Source: Candidatus Omnitrophota bacterium
Lineage (GTDB): Bacteria > Omnitrophota > Gorgyraeia > B26-G9
Length of the DNA stretch: 64,000 nucleotides
Assembly (NCBI GenBank): GCA_043826565.1
Contig: JBDRPX010000034.1
Span: 1,096-65,095, forward strand
Reading direction: 5' to 3'
Shown here piece by piece: positions 9,745-21,300 of the stretch. The notes beneath the pieces were generated by a model that did no database searches, had not been told where the DNA came from, and worked only from the letters and a program-made list of their open reading frames with translations. The translations under genes and the position numbers were made by a program. Each line of letters starts with the position of its first letter. Positions within the stretch are counted from its first letter, which is position 1.

Positions 9745-12700
9745 TTATATCGCTTGCTCAATAACTTCAAAACTATAACCATGTTCCATTCCAGTTCTAT
9801 CCCCATGAGAAACAGTTTCAATATTAGCTATAAATTGCTGCCTTATCGAATCCGAAGGAATAACATCATCCATTTCTACCGAGGGAACTCCTTCCAAAAG
9901 AGAAAGTAAATTCCTTATACGGGAGATCACACCCTGAAAAGCCATGGCAGAATCACCGTTTTTTTCTGTTCTTATATTTGTGTCGGCAATCCCGATAAGC
10001 GTACGCTGTAACAGCGGTTCCAAACGAGCTTTTAAAATCGGCAGTTCATAAGCTGAATAACTATTAAAGGTCACGTCCGCATTTACCCAGCTTGTATAAG
10101 TATACGCCAGCTGAGCGTTTCTTCGCAACGGCCATTGCTGGACAATATCAACTACTTTTCTGCCCAAATTTACATGGCTAAGTATATGCCGCATAAAACG
10201 CAGATCCAATGATGTCAATGGACGGTTTCCGGATAATTTAAAATTCGGCGCAGTATTCACGAAAACACGGTAAAGCTGTTCATCTTTTAAAACTCCGGAT
10301 TTTCCGGCGATCTCATCGGATAAAGCATAATCCCCTTCGATCACATACAGATCATCATTTTCCAGAGTTATTGTTTCCCTGACAAATTCTCCGTCTTTTC
10401 TGACCACTACATGCAATACCTTAATATCCGGATCTAAAATCCGGCGAATAATATCCTTCATCCGGATGACCCGGGCATTATATATCTCTTCCTGGTTAAG
10501 CTCTTTTTCCTCCTGAAGAAAATCTGTATACTGCCTTAACAGCATATCAATATGGATCATCTTTACTTTTCTGCCTTTTTCCTTTAAATCCTGAGCTACC
10601 CTTTTGGAAAAAGATATTTTTCCGCTGGTAGTCGGCCCGCTGACCAAAACAAAACCTCTTTTTCCCGGCGAAAATTCTTCATCAATACTATCTACAATAC
10701 GCCCGATCTCTTGGGTATGCTTTTCCTCGTTCTTTCGGATCAGTTCACCCAGTTTATTTTCCCGGCAAACCTGCTGTAAATGCTCCAGCGTACGCGGCTG
10801 AAGCCCCAGCTCACCATATCCCCGGTAAGGAATTCTGCCGGTCTTAGAAAATATCCTCTGCAGCCGCGGACTGCGGGCAATTTCCGCATCAATAACTCTG
10901 GCCATACTCAAAATAAAAGCCGCCTGACGCAGATCCGTCTTATATTTTTTAGCGATTTCTAAAACTGTGATCGTTTCGCTTTCAATCCGCTCTTCAAGCA
11001 TTTTATCCACACTGGTTTCTTCCCAGGCCTTACCTTCAATATTCTGCAGCCATTCAAAATAAGAAACCGTAACCCCTCCGACATTTGCTAAAATATCCGG
11101 AATGATCAGAATACCTTTATTTCGCAAAATCGGATCCGCTTCCGGAGTAGTCGGATTATTCGCTAATTCCAGAAGAATATCACAATTAACATCTGCGGCA
11201 TTAGCTATAGTGATCTGATTCTCTATCGCCGCCGGCACTTTTACATTTGTATGCACTTTCCAGAAAAGCGACTGTTTTTCTTCTTCCTGTTGTAAAATTT
11301 GATACACCCAATCCTGATAATCACCAAATCTTTCATCGATCACAAGTTCGGAAGCATTTTTTAACTGCCGGAATTTCAAGGTAACCTTTCCGCCTTTTTT
11401 ACTGACATATCCGTTTTCGATCAGATTTGCCAAAAGCTCCTTTGCATCCGAAGTAATTCGGGAAAAATCCGTTTCCGCCACACTGCCTTTTAAAAATTGC
11501 GTTCCGGTCCTGTCCAGAAAATCCTGGGAAACTGTACTAAACTCGTATAGTCGGTCATCGGACTTTTTACCCAGCACTTCCATTAATTCTTCCAAAGGAA
11601 TACCCTGAGGATTATAAAGCGTTCCGGTATGGTCCTGCCATAAATTCAACTGCGCTCCGGCAGTATTAATTGAACACGCGTAATACTCTCCCACATTACC
11701 TCCGCCCTGAACTCCCATGGTCATTTCCCGAATATCTTTACTAAACAATGCCTTTGCCCTCGCACTCAATTGACGGCCAACCGCATCACTGGAAACATCT
11801 ATTAACTGCGGAAAATGATTCAACATTGACCGCAAAGCTAAAAATCCGCCAAACCCGGTAGCTTTAGTCCTGCCTTTTGATCCGCCTTTCTCCACCGGCT
11901 TACCGGTTATAACTCCCAGTTCCGAGGCATCCAGAATGCCGAACATATCCGCGCGCTTAAGTCTTAAATAATAATTTAAATATGGTGTTTCTAATGGATC
12001 TTCGGAATTTTTAGATTTTACTTTCAGCAGCCCTCTTTCCATTCTCTTATCATCTATTTTACGGCTCCTGGCCTGGATTCTTAAATATTCATCCACAAAA
12101 ACAGCCATCATATCTGCTCCTGTACCCACATCCGGTGCCGGTACATCAATATAAGGTCCCACTGCTCCTTTTTTGGTAAGCTCCCGGGCAAAACCCCGGA
12201 CAATATATGCTTTAAGAGTGTCTGCCTTTTCTGCATAATCCGCGCTTTCCTGTAAGATCTTCTTAATTTCCTGATTTAAAAATTCTCTTAGTCCCGTATC
12301 TTCACCAGTACTGGTATAATGCATCAGTTCACCGAGAGCTTCTAAAAGAACCTCCTGGATATCCCGCCCCAGACTGTCTATAAAACCTTTCCTATCTTCT
12401 ATCTCCTGCCCGATAGCCTGAGAAAATCGCCTTAGTTTTTCTGCTTTGTCTTTTAATCCTTTAGCCTCTTTTTCATACCCTGAGATAACATTATTAACTT
12501 TATCTTCGATAACAACATCGCCTTTTCCTCCGCCGTAAGGGATACCGATCACGGCATTTTTTACCGTCATCAATGTCGCCAAACCCGCAGCTGTAGCCTT
12601 TGCCTCTTCCAATGTTTCTCCATGAACAAGAAGCCAGCGGAATCCGCCTTTAGACGGCCCCAAAGCATCACTTTGCGAAACACGAAATCCCCAAACTTTT

Positions 12701-13131
12701 ATTTTTTTTCCATCCGGCATAGGAATTTTGAAAGTAACGGTAGTAACTCTATTCGGATCCAGCAATATATTTCTCGGCTCTTTTAAACGGCTGGCTACCA
12801 GCAGATCATGTACCTTTCTGGATAAAAAACCTTTTTCATTAATAGACTCATCAACAAATACCGGATCAAGTCCGATCATTTCTGCCGCGGCCTGATAATG
12901 GATTTTTGCCGATTCCAGAATAGAAGGAGTTTCCCCGTCATGACGCGCAGCCAATATCATTTCTTCATTTCCCGGCATAAACGCCGCTCTGACAGCATTA
13001 ATCTCCAGGTGCACTGTCGGCGCTAAAGTATCACTTTGACGCATATCTGCCCAGGCAATCCCCGAAGAAAGAAATGTTTGTATAGTCACTGCTGCAATAA
13101 TCCTTAGCATCTTTCGATTCCTTGAAACCAT
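9745..13131 (-). CDS. Secreted LSP/EQAI-family protein: Glu/Leu/Phe/Val dehydrogenase + uridine-kinase-like P-loop domain
   Basis: Signal peptide + TLAP; GPSKGGFR, PYGGGKG, DVPAPDVGT, TGKP...GGS.GR..ATG, QGGGNVG, ELANNPTT, PDILANVGGVTVSYFEW; then SGPTTSGK...ADVTFNS..YELPILK; ends IEQAI. Confidence 0.85.
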   Translation of the reverse strand: MVSRNRKMLRIIAAVTIQTFLSSGIAWADMRQSDTLAPTVHLEINAVRAAFMPGNEEMILAARHDGETPSILESAKIHYQAAAEMIGLDPVFVDESINEKGFLSRKVHDLLVASRLKEPRNILLDPNRVTTVTFKIPMPDGKKIKVWGFRVSQSDALGPSKGGFRWLLVHGETLEEAKATAAGLATLMTVKNAVIGIPYGGGKGDVVIEDKVNNVISGYEKEAKGLKDKAEKLRRFSQAIGQEIEDRKGFIDSLGRDIQEVLLEALGELMHYTSTGEDTGLREFLNQEIKKILQESADYAEKADTLKAYIVRGFARELTKKGAVGPYIDVPAPDVGTGADMMAVFVDEYLRIQARSRKIDDKRMERGLLKVKSKNSEDPLETPYLNYYLRLKRADMFGILDASELGVITGKPVEKGGSKGRTKATGFGGFLALRSMLNHFPQLIDVSSDAVGRQLSARAKALFSKDIREMTMGVQGGGNVGEYYACSINTAGAQLNLWQDHTGTLYNPQGIPLEELMEVLGKKSDDRLYEFSTVSQDFLDRTGTQFLKGSVAETDFSRITSDAKELLANLIENGYVSKKGGKVTLKFRQLKNASELVIDERFGDYQDWVYQILQQEEEKQSLFWKVHTNVKVPAAIENQITIANAADVNCDILLELANNPTTPEADPILRNKGILIIPDILANVGGVTVSYFEWLQNIEGKAWEETSVDKMLEERIESETITVLEIAKKYKTDLRQAAFILSMARVIDAEIARSPRLQRIFSKTGRIPYRGYGELGLQPRTLEHLQQVCRENKLGELIRKNEEKHTQEIGRIVDSIDEEFSPGKRGFVLVSGPTTSGKISFSKRVAQDLKEKGRKVKMIHIDMLLRQYTDFLQEEKELNQEEIYNARVIRMKDIIRRILDPDIKVLHVVVRKDGEFVRETITLENDDLYVIEGDYALSDEIAGKSGVLKDEQLYRVFVNTAPNFKLSGNRPLTSLDLRFMRHILSHVNLGRKVVDIVQQWPLRRNAQLAYTYTSWVNADVTFNSYSAYELPILKARLEPLLQRTLIGIADTNIRTEKNGDSAMAFQGVISRIRNLLSLLEGVPSVEMDDVIPSDSIRQQFIANIETVSHGDRTGMEHGYSFEVIEQAI

Positions 13132-13144
13132 CTCTCATTCTCCT

Positions 13145-14182
13145 TTAAATAGAATATTCTACTAATTTATTTATTTCCAAATCCGCTAAAAATTTCCCCA
13201 CAACTTTTAAATCATCCGCCGATAAATACTCAAGATCTTCCCTGAGTCCGTTATAATCATCTTTCCCATGTATTCCCCAGCCGATCTTAAAAACAAAAGC
13301 TTTTAAATATACTTCGTCATTTGTTCCCAGCATTTGTCTGGCAATATTAATAAGCTTATCCCGGCGATCCGCATATTCCCAGGCATTAAATTCATCTTCT
13401 CCAAAAAAATGTCCGCGCCTTAACGAATTTACCACAACTGCTTTTACATACGATTGATAATCCCGTTTATTACCCTGCAGGTTTCTCTTCTCAAAAAAAG
13501 ATTTTACCATATATTCTCTGCCGGAAAACCGTTCCGCAAGATCATTGATCGTCACTCCCGGACGCGGAGATAAAACCAATCCTTCCATAGGCTGTCGATG
13601 ATACCAGAGAAAAAACCGGAGTTCTTTCATTGTGATATCTCCTATAATATCTTCCGCTTCCCACTTACTTCTCCAATCCGCAAATTTTTTAAGCCCGTGC
13701 TTGCTTTGCAGCAAACTTACCAGTTCATCATATCGCCGTCTTATCCGAAAATCACGCATATTTACACTGCGCGTAAGCCGTTCCGGAGAAAACATCTCAC
13801 TAATTATATCCCGCCAATTATAAAGAATGTCCATTTCACTAAAAAACTTGATCCCAATACTTTTAACTAAAAAACTCTCTTGAAGTTTTTCAATTATCTG
13901 CTTGCGGGTATCGGAAACCAGTCCTCCATATTCTCCGCCTTTAAGCCAGACTATCGAAAACCCCTGATCTTCAACATCTCTCTGTTTAATTTCATCCAAT
14001 ACGGCTAAAAGATCTGCTTTATTATTCTGTAATAACGCAAAACTATTTTTAAGAACTTCCCCATTAACTTTAATCTCCGGAGATAATGTATCAATTTGCG
14101 GCTGCGCACAAGCATTTCCTAATATCAAAAACGCCTGGACAAACACCAGGCAAATAATCCCCGCATTATTATTAATTTTCAC
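13145..14182 (-). CDS. Secreted LSP/EQAI-family protein, unknown cargo
   Basis: Likely GTG start 14182 after AAAGGA; VQAFLILGNACA-QPQIDTLSPEIKV...NSF; ends LVEYSI. Confidence 0.75.
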   Translation of the reverse strand: MKINNNAGIICLVFVQAFLILGNACAQPQIDTLSPEIKVNGEVLKNSFALLQNNKADLLAVLDEIKQRDVEDQGFSIVWLKGGEYGGLVSDTRKQIIEKLQESFLVKSIGIKFFSEMDILYNWRDIISEMFSPERLTRSVNMRDFRIRRRYDELVSLLQSKHGLKKFADWRSKWEAEDIIGDITMKELRFFLWYHRQPMEGLVLSPRPGVTINDLAERFSGREYMVKSFFEKRNLQGNKRDYQSYVKAVVVNSLRRGHFFGEDEFNAWEYADRRDKLINIARQMLGTNDEVYLKAFVFKIGWGIHGKDDYNGLREDLEYLSADDLKVVGKFLADLEINKLVEYSI

Positions 14183-14201
14183 AATTTTTATTAATCCTTT
14201 T

Positions 14202-14906
14202 CTAAAGGGATCGCGCAATTAAATTCTGCTTCTGATCATTTCGAAAATCTCTTCTTCGGCTTCTTACCGGGCTCTTTAATCCTAAAGCTCTCGCTAAATG
14301 TCTTTCAAAACCAAAAATCCGGCCTTTATCGCCTTTTGCCCGTAATGCCTCTCTGACCTCCCGCACAGACACAGGAAAATACGCATGGACGGAATCAGTA
14401 AGCAAGAAAACTAATTCCCGCACCGTAAAATTGTCGATCGTCTCCGTTATTCCGGGATTTGAAAGAATCCCGACAGCAGTAAAATATCCTAAGCTTTCGG
14501 CTATTTCCGGATCAACATCTTCTAAATCTTCGGCCGGATCCCATTCTTGAGCAAGCATAGCTCTTTGATGGCGATGCTCTCTTCTTTCTAACATGATTAA
14601 ATGATCTTGAGATGGCCGCTTTCCCCGGCGGTTATTCAAGCGTCTGGATATTCCGGTTAACCGGGGAGCATTCTGATGCTGCATCTGGGCAATAGTTGCT
14701 TCATATTCATCGTCCGAAAGTTTTTTAGCGGCAAGCTGGGAAAATACCTGCTGCAGCAGCTGCGCATTAATTGATATTTCCGGCGATAAAGTTGATGGCT
14801 GTTCCCGATCAGATAAAAAAGAAATTTCTCCGGCTAGGGCAATATTCATTGTTAGAAACAATTGCACAAGCACACATCCGATAACCCGCAAATACAATCT
14901 TCTCAT
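14202..14906 (-). CDS. Secreted LSP/EQAI-family protein, unknown cargo
   Basis: ATG 14906 after AAGGAGG; VQLFLTMNIALA...STLSPEISI...QVF; ends LIARSL. Confidence 0.75.
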   Translation of the reverse strand: MRRLYLRVIGCVLVQLFLTMNIALAGEISFLSDREQPSTLSPEISINAQLLQQVFSQLAAKKLSDDEYEATIAQMQHQNAPRLTGISRRLNNRRGKRPSQDHLIMLERREHRHQRAMLAQEWDPAEDLEDVDPEIAESLGYFTAVGILSNPGITETIDNFTVRELVFLLTDSVHAYFPVSVREVREALRAKGDKGRIFGFERHLARALGLKSPVRSRRRDFRNDQKQNLIARSL

Positions 14907-14977
14907 TAAATCCTCCTTCATTCATTTTCCAATTATTTGTTTATTATAATTTCTTTTTATCTTTTACTTTTTTAATC

Positions 14978-15015
14978 CCTATTCCCTATACGCTAACCGC
15001 TCTACGCTATACGCT
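14978..15015 (-). repeat. Heptamer array (AGCGTAT-type) 3' of an EQAI gene
   Basis: Minus strand agcgtat-agcgtag-agcggtt-agcgtat-agggaat; a similar copy lies at 21753-21783. Confidence 0.7.
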
Positions 15016-15020
15016 GATTT

Positions 15021-16481
15021 TTATATCGCCTGCTGCACAAGTATCGGCAGTATCGCCGCCTGTTCGTCAAACTCCGGTAAACCATCCTCTGTTTCAACAC
15101 CGATAACTACATCCGCGGGAAAAATTGAAGGCTCTCCATTCAAAACCGCCTGCCATTCCGGCCTTTGTATTTCAAATAATATCGCCGCCAAATCCGATAA
15201 ATGGTCTGTTTGACGAAGCGCACGATAAGCCTGCTCCAAAGTCCCGGGAACATCCGGATGTGATTTTTTCCATTGCCTGGTTTTGGTATTGATAATAAAA
15301 TAACTTGAGGAACCGCCGGAGGCTTTATACGCGATTGCTATCTCACGGCCTCCAGACCTTGCCATTATTTCTACTTTAGTAATCTTAAACGAAGATGCTG
15401 TTGGCGAATCAGCAACGCTTATGGGAATTATCTGCTTAACTTCTGTTGCCATCTCTACAGAAATTGTACTCTTTTTGGAATCTGCTGTTCCTTGAGCCGC
15501 CGGATTAACATCAGCATCAGTTTCTCCATCAAGCGGCTGTAATCTGAAACCGGTAAAACTTCCGCTCGCATCCGGATCAGCATCAGCAGGATCAGCATCA
15601 GCAGAATCATCAGCCAATCCATCTTCATATTTATCCGCCATCATACTTTCAGCAATCGCAGTATCCATGGCTTCTGTTATCCGGTCTGTATGTTGTTTAA
15701 ATACTTCACCATCAATATGTTTATGTTGGAACAAAACCAGTAAAACCCTGTTCTCCCGGGAAAGCCCCTGCTCTCTTTGCTCGGGCATATTCATATTTTC
15801 TTTTTGCACATCAATTATAAGCCCGGATATATGCGCCACAGAAGTGTAGAATGCTGCCTTATTTCGCAATATCCCTGCGGAGATAACCGCGATATTATTT
15901 TTTATCCGGATAGCTCTGGTCCGCTGGATTTCTTTACCTTGCATACGCAATAGAAAAGTACCGTCCTTTTCTATTCCAAACGCGCAATGCGCCGCCTGTT
16001 TCGGCAAATGTGTTACTATGTATAATTCCGGAGCCATAACAATTGTTTTTCCGCTATAGCTATATAACCGCATCCTTGCCTGTATAACCATCTTTTTAAG
16101 CGCTTCATCCTGTTCGGCATTACCCAGACTACTCGCGGTTTTTTTGCCGTCTTTATATACTTCTATAGAACACTCTCCGGTTTTCCCATTGAGAATTTTA
16201 ATTTTAATATATTCCCCGCCCGGAGAACGCATTGCCTTTAAAAACGAGTGGTGTTCTTGCGGAGTTATATCTCCTTCTGATGAATAGTTTGTTCTTAATT
16301 CCAAATTGTACGCTGCGAATTTTTGGGCAAATTTTTGCAAATCAGAAATACTGACCTTTGGCGCCAGGGTTGCACTCAGTTCATTCTTACGCGTTGACAA
16401 ATCCGCGGCCTGCGCGTTCTGCACACACAGGAATACTTGAAACACCATCCACACTGCTGTTTTCCTGATTATTTTTTTCAT
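15021..16481 (-). CDS. Secreted LSP/EQAI-family protein with acidic linker, unknown cargo
   Basis: FQVFLCVQNAQA...ATLAPKVSI; DADPADADPD repeat; ends LVQQAI. Confidence 0.78.
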   Translation of the reverse strand: MKKIIRKTAVWMVFQVFLCVQNAQAADLSTRKNELSATLAPKVSISDLQKFAQKFAAYNLELRTNYSSEGDITPQEHHSFLKAMRSPGGEYIKIKILNGKTGECSIEVYKDGKKTASSLGNAEQDEALKKMVIQARMRLYSYSGKTIVMAPELYIVTHLPKQAAHCAFGIEKDGTFLLRMQGKEIQRTRAIRIKNNIAVISAGILRNKAAFYTSVAHISGLIIDVQKENMNMPEQREQGLSRENRVLLVLFQHKHIDGEVFKQHTDRITEAMDTAIAESMMADKYEDGLADDSADADPADADPDASGSFTGFRLQPLDGETDADVNPAAQGTADSKKSTISVEMATEVKQIIPISVADSPTASSFKITKVEIMARSGGREIAIAYKASGGSSSYFIINTKTRQWKKSHPDVPGTLEQAYRALRQTDHLSDLAAILFEIQRPEWQAVLNGEPSIFPADVVIGVETEDGLPEFDEQAAILPILVQQAI

Positions 16482-16527
16482 TTTTCTCCGATCTTTACAC
16501 TTTACACTTTTAACTTTTAACTTATTT

Positions 16528-17982
16528 TTATATCGCTTGCTGCACTAATTGCGCACCAGTAACATTAATGGGAAATATTACTTTTTCCTGAGTCAGCACA
16601 GGAACTATGTTTGTCTGAATAATCCGGGGATTACACGGTAAAATAATAATAAATTTTGCTCCGGTAATTTCACCCTGAATATCCCGGCAATTCTCTGCGC
16701 TTAAAGTTCCGCCAAAATATCTTTCAATGATCCGGCGGCAAAGCGAAAGTCCCAGACCATGAGCTGTCCCATTACCCGCTCTGGTGCTGAATCCTTCGGA
16801 AAAAATCAGATCAATTACCGCAGCTTCCTGGTTATCGGCATTTTCATGAGCTTCTGTCCACATTCCCAATACCTTTGCCTGCTTGATCAAATCAGTAATT
16901 AAAAACCCCTTCCCATTATCCGTAAATTCAAATATTATGTTATCTTTTGTCTTTTTCGCTTCTACAGTACAATCAAACATTTTATTTTGGCCGTTCATGG
17001 CATGGGCTAATAAATTTCTTTGTAAATTTTTAACAACAAATTCAAACCCATCGCGATATCCAAAATATTCTAACGGCTCAATTTTCCCTTTATACAAAAC
17101 CTGCGCTTGCACAACTTCCGCCAGATCAAACCGTTCCTGTTTAATGCCTTCGATAACCACATTAAGCCGTTTAATCATAAAATCAATAAAATCAAGCGCA
17201 CCCTGTGCCGCCCTTTTTAGAAATTTATCAGCCCCAGGCCGTTCCGCAATTTTTTTCAGCCATTCATAAGATGTATTAACCTCATAAACCGAGCTTAAAA
17301 GTACCATTACACCTCGCGGATCAGTAACATGATTATGCGCAAGCATATCTTTAATTCTGGATAATTTGGTAAATAGATCCCGGCAAATAGAAATAATTCT
17401 TTCTATTTCTTCAAGATCATCACTTTTAACAACATCCAGATTGTTTTCCTGATGCAAAAGATCTCCCAGCTGATGAAAAACCATACCAAACTCAACATGA
17501 ATCCGCTCAACTGTAGAAAATCCCATTTCTTTGCGATTAAAAATTGCCGCGGCATATTCACCAAAATCAGTAAAACTGTATCTTGTTCCCCCCTTTGCTC
17601 CTTTGTTTTTAAGATCCGGGATAAGATATCCCTTTTCTACAAGCTCGCTAAATCTCTGTTCAATCTCTTCAACAGATAAATTCCGGGCCGCAACCCGCTT
17701 AAAACGCCTCGCGGTTATCCTGGCCTCCTGGGCAACTTTATAGAGATCGGCATTCGTAACAATTTTTTCAAAAACATCGATCCAGTCACTTTGCTCTATA
17801 GTAATTTTTTGAACATCAAACTGTTGAAATGCGGACTGAAACTGCGGGATAAAAATATTTAGTTGCGGAGAGAGATTGTCTTCTGCCCAAACAACCTGCC
17901 CAAGCATAAGCATTTGAATAACAATAGCAATAAGCACTATGTTTAATCTTAATTTTTTAGATATAAAAAAACCGGTTTTCAT
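16528..17982 (-). CDS. Secreted LSP/EQAI-family protein: winged-helix-like segment + histidine-kinase-type HATPase_c domain
   Basis: Likely start ATG 17982; IQMLMLGQVVWA-EDNLSPQLNI; ELVEKGYL...RYSFTDFG; N box KNLQRN, FTDNGKG, IFSEGFST, GLGLSL, GAKFIIILP; ends LVQQAI. Confidence 0.8.
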   Translation of the reverse strand: MKTGFFISKKLRLNIVLIAIVIQMLMLGQVVWAEDNLSPQLNIFIPQFQSAFQQFDVQKITIEQSDWIDVFEKIVTNADLYKVAQEARITARRFKRVAARNLSVEEIEQRFSELVEKGYLIPDLKNKGAKGGTRYSFTDFGEYAAAIFNRKEMGFSTVERIHVEFGMVFHQLGDLLHQENNLDVVKSDDLEEIERIISICRDLFTKLSRIKDMLAHNHVTDPRGVMVLLSSVYEVNTSYEWLKKIAERPGADKFLKRAAQGALDFIDFMIKRLNVVIEGIKQERFDLAEVVQAQVLYKGKIEPLEYFGYRDGFEFVVKNLQRNLLAHAMNGQNKMFDCTVEAKKTKDNIIFEFTDNGKGFLITDLIKQAKVLGMWTEAHENADNQEAAVIDLIFSEGFSTRAGNGTAHGLGLSLCRRIIERYFGGTLSAENCRDIQGEITGAKFIIILPCNPRIIQTNIVPVLTQEKVIFPINVTGAQLVQQAI

Positions 17983-18310
17983 TCTCAGCTCCATAGCTGT
18001 TTTAAACGACAATTTTTCACACACTTATTACAAAGTTAATAAAAGCTCTAAAGTATACCATAAGTTTATATATCCTGCAATGTCAGAACCGGACTTTATG
18101 AAAAAATTTTATCACACCTAACATATTGAAAATAAATGTGATATAATTTAGGTAGTAAATGTTTTTTATCATTTGAAAGACCCCTTGATTCTGGGATTTA
18201 AATTCAGTAAAAAAATAGTGCGCGTCACTTGTAAACTATATATTAATATGGTATACTTTTTTAACTATTTTAACTCGCAATTAAACTTGATTCTAACAAG
18301 GAAATTATTT

Positions 18311-21300
18311 ATGATAACTCCAATAAAGACAAACAATAAAGCGCTAAAGAAAATTTTCGCGCTGATACTTGTTCAAATATTCCTATTTACCGGGATAGTC
18401 CAGTCCGCTCCTCAGGAATTCCTAGCGCCGTCAGTCCAGGTAACCCATGATGCATTTAAAACAGCCTTTGGAAATGCTACAACAACTATAAGAGGCCCAC
18501 GGGATACATTTCGGGAAACTGAAAATCCTCCGGCACCTTTATATGTAATTCCCGGACACGGCATGGATGTACGATTTCCTTTTATCGGCTCTGGAAAAAT
18601 CAATAATCGACTACGTACGTATAAAGAAGATTTAGTGCTCAGCACCATTGCAGCCCGTAACGCTAGAGCTGAAGCTTTTCTAAACACTGGAGATAAAGCA
18701 AATTTTATTTTTATAGATTTACATCTAGCCGACCATCTCTTAAGCACCTTCCCGCCAGAACATACAAATCAGGCATCGAAAGAAAGACTTATTCAGCAGC
18801 TGGAAGACTACACCTTACTCTTAGAAAAATTCTTAAATAATAATAAACAAGGTAATTACGCCTCCATATCAAATCCCGAAGGAGCTCATCACACAGAAAT
18901 ACTCACGCTTTCTTTAACAGAAATGAATGTGATTAATTTTGTATCACAACAGTTTAATGCTCACATTACACATTCTGCTACAGATAGCGGTGATCTTGTT
19001 GGCCGGACAAATGGAAAATGGGTAATGGTTGGATTATATGAATTTCAAGGACAGGAAACTTATAACCCAATTCCGTTGGATAACATATCCGATTCCCAGC
19101 TACCAAAACACTGCAAATGTACAGTAGTGGATTTAACCTCGAGAAAACTAGAGAATATGAAACTATTACGCAAAGCAAATGCACGTTACCATAAACAACG
19201 TCCTTTAGAAAACATAACTGATGAAGTTCGAGCTGAGATACGAAATGGATTTGAAGTTCACGGCGTTCCTAATGGTATTGGGAGAAAAGTCGTGCATGGA
19301 ACTATGGTTGTTGCGGATATTATAGATTCCCGTCCGGACTTATCATATCCAATGCCCCCATACTCCCCGGAAAATTTTCGAACTGCACGAGGAGAATTAA
19401 GACTTGCAACATCTAAAATTTATGAGAGTTTTAGTTTTCAGGATAACAATAAAGATAGAGCTCGCAAGATTCTTTCTTCCGCCATAAAAAATGCCAGCAC
19501 AGAATCCGGACGTACCGGATTCAACCCAACTCTTTTCTTTCTAGCTAGTATTAGAGATGTAATTCTGCAACTTAACACTGCAGAAGACAAGACTTTGAAA
19601 GAAGATTTAGCCAATATCTCCAAACAGATATCTGATACTATTTACCCCCCATTACATGCCTCTTTCGATGATGATCAGATAAAACCTCAAAGTAAGAAAG
19701 AAAATAATCTGGCTAAAGCTGCAAAAGAATACCTGGATAATTATTTAGCAAAGGAAAAACAATATAGAAAAGCAAAAGAAGCTCTTGTACCACAAATACA
19801 AGCTGAAAAAAGCATAGAAGTAATAGAACTCGAAAAGCAAATAGCAGAACAATCAGCACTAAGAACAAAATCAACAGATGACACAATTAGAGAACAATAC
19901 ATAGACACTATTAATAAACTAGAAATACAATTAGAATCAGTTAAAAGCGACAAGCTAAAAGCTCTTGAAGACAACTTCAATAAACAAAAAACTCTTGAAG
20001 AAGATATGCACAAATATTGGGGCCTTGGGAAAAGCGTATGGCATGTTGCAGTAAAAATTTTAAGAGAACAAGATTGTTCTATTCCAGAAGCAATTTTCAG
20101 AGCTGCTAATCCTTATTGTGTATATCTAATGCGTTATGCAGATAGTGATCACTTTGCGGGATCATATACTACCTTTGCTGAAATATCCAGTGAACTTCTT
20201 TCAAACTGGGAAATAGTAACCAATGCTCCGATAACCCGGAAAGTCTCTTTAAAAAATGTTCCTGAAAATAAACCTTTTATTCTCTTCTTGCCCAGAGATT
20301 TAAAAAACCCAACTGAATATTTTGAACTTCGTGATAAATATCCAAACATGGTAGCTATCATCAGCCGCGCCGGATTGAAGCACTATGGAACCTCGGCTAA
20401 ACAAGAACGCTTTCCAGTACTTAATGAAGCTGCTTCTCTTGTCAATGGACGTAGAGTCTCTACCCGACAGGCAATCGAGGGAAATGAGCCGGCTATTCTT
20501 GACACTGAAACACATATTTTGAAATTATGGCCAACAAGGGAAGAGCTTATTGCTGCACAACTAGAAGAAAAAATGGAACAAGCAGAGGAAATATTTCTCA
20601 ATCGAAGGATTTCTCTACCAGTTGTAACCACCGATGGAGTATCTGTCCAGGTTATGGCCAATCTTGATCGAGCTGAAGATGCCTCTAAATTAGCGAAGCT
20701 CGGCATAAAAAATGTCGGTCTTTACCGCACAGAATATGCTTATATGCAGCGTGGAGACATAACCGAAAATGAATGGGTAAGAATCTTTACCACCCTGGTA
20801 CAGGATTCTCAAGCAGATTTTATCAGCATGCGATTAGCAGACCGTAAAGTTACCGGAAAAGGTGAAGACATAAAAAATGTACCTGCATTCGGTAATAGTT
20901 CTGAAGAAGGTATCCGATTTCTACTTTTTGATAGTGTTGGCAGAAATATTGCGCTAACCCAGTTGCGAGCAGCAATGCGCGTATATGCTAAACATAAAGT
21001 AATTGGAGCTATGTTCCCGATGATCTCAACTACCGATCACGGAACCCGCGCACTGGCACTTTTCGATGAAGCTAAACAAAATCTCATTGATAAAGGGCTC
21101 GTAACAGAGCGTGACCTCGAAGGATTTAACAAGGGGTTAATGTTTGAAACACCATCTGCAGTAGATGCAAGCAAAGGATTAATGGAACGATTTTCTTTCG
21201 GGAGCTTTGGTTCTAATGATTACACCTCATTATCCGAATCTTTTTCGCGCGGTGATGAAGGATCAACAGAGCGTCTCACGGAATTTACCCCGAACATATT

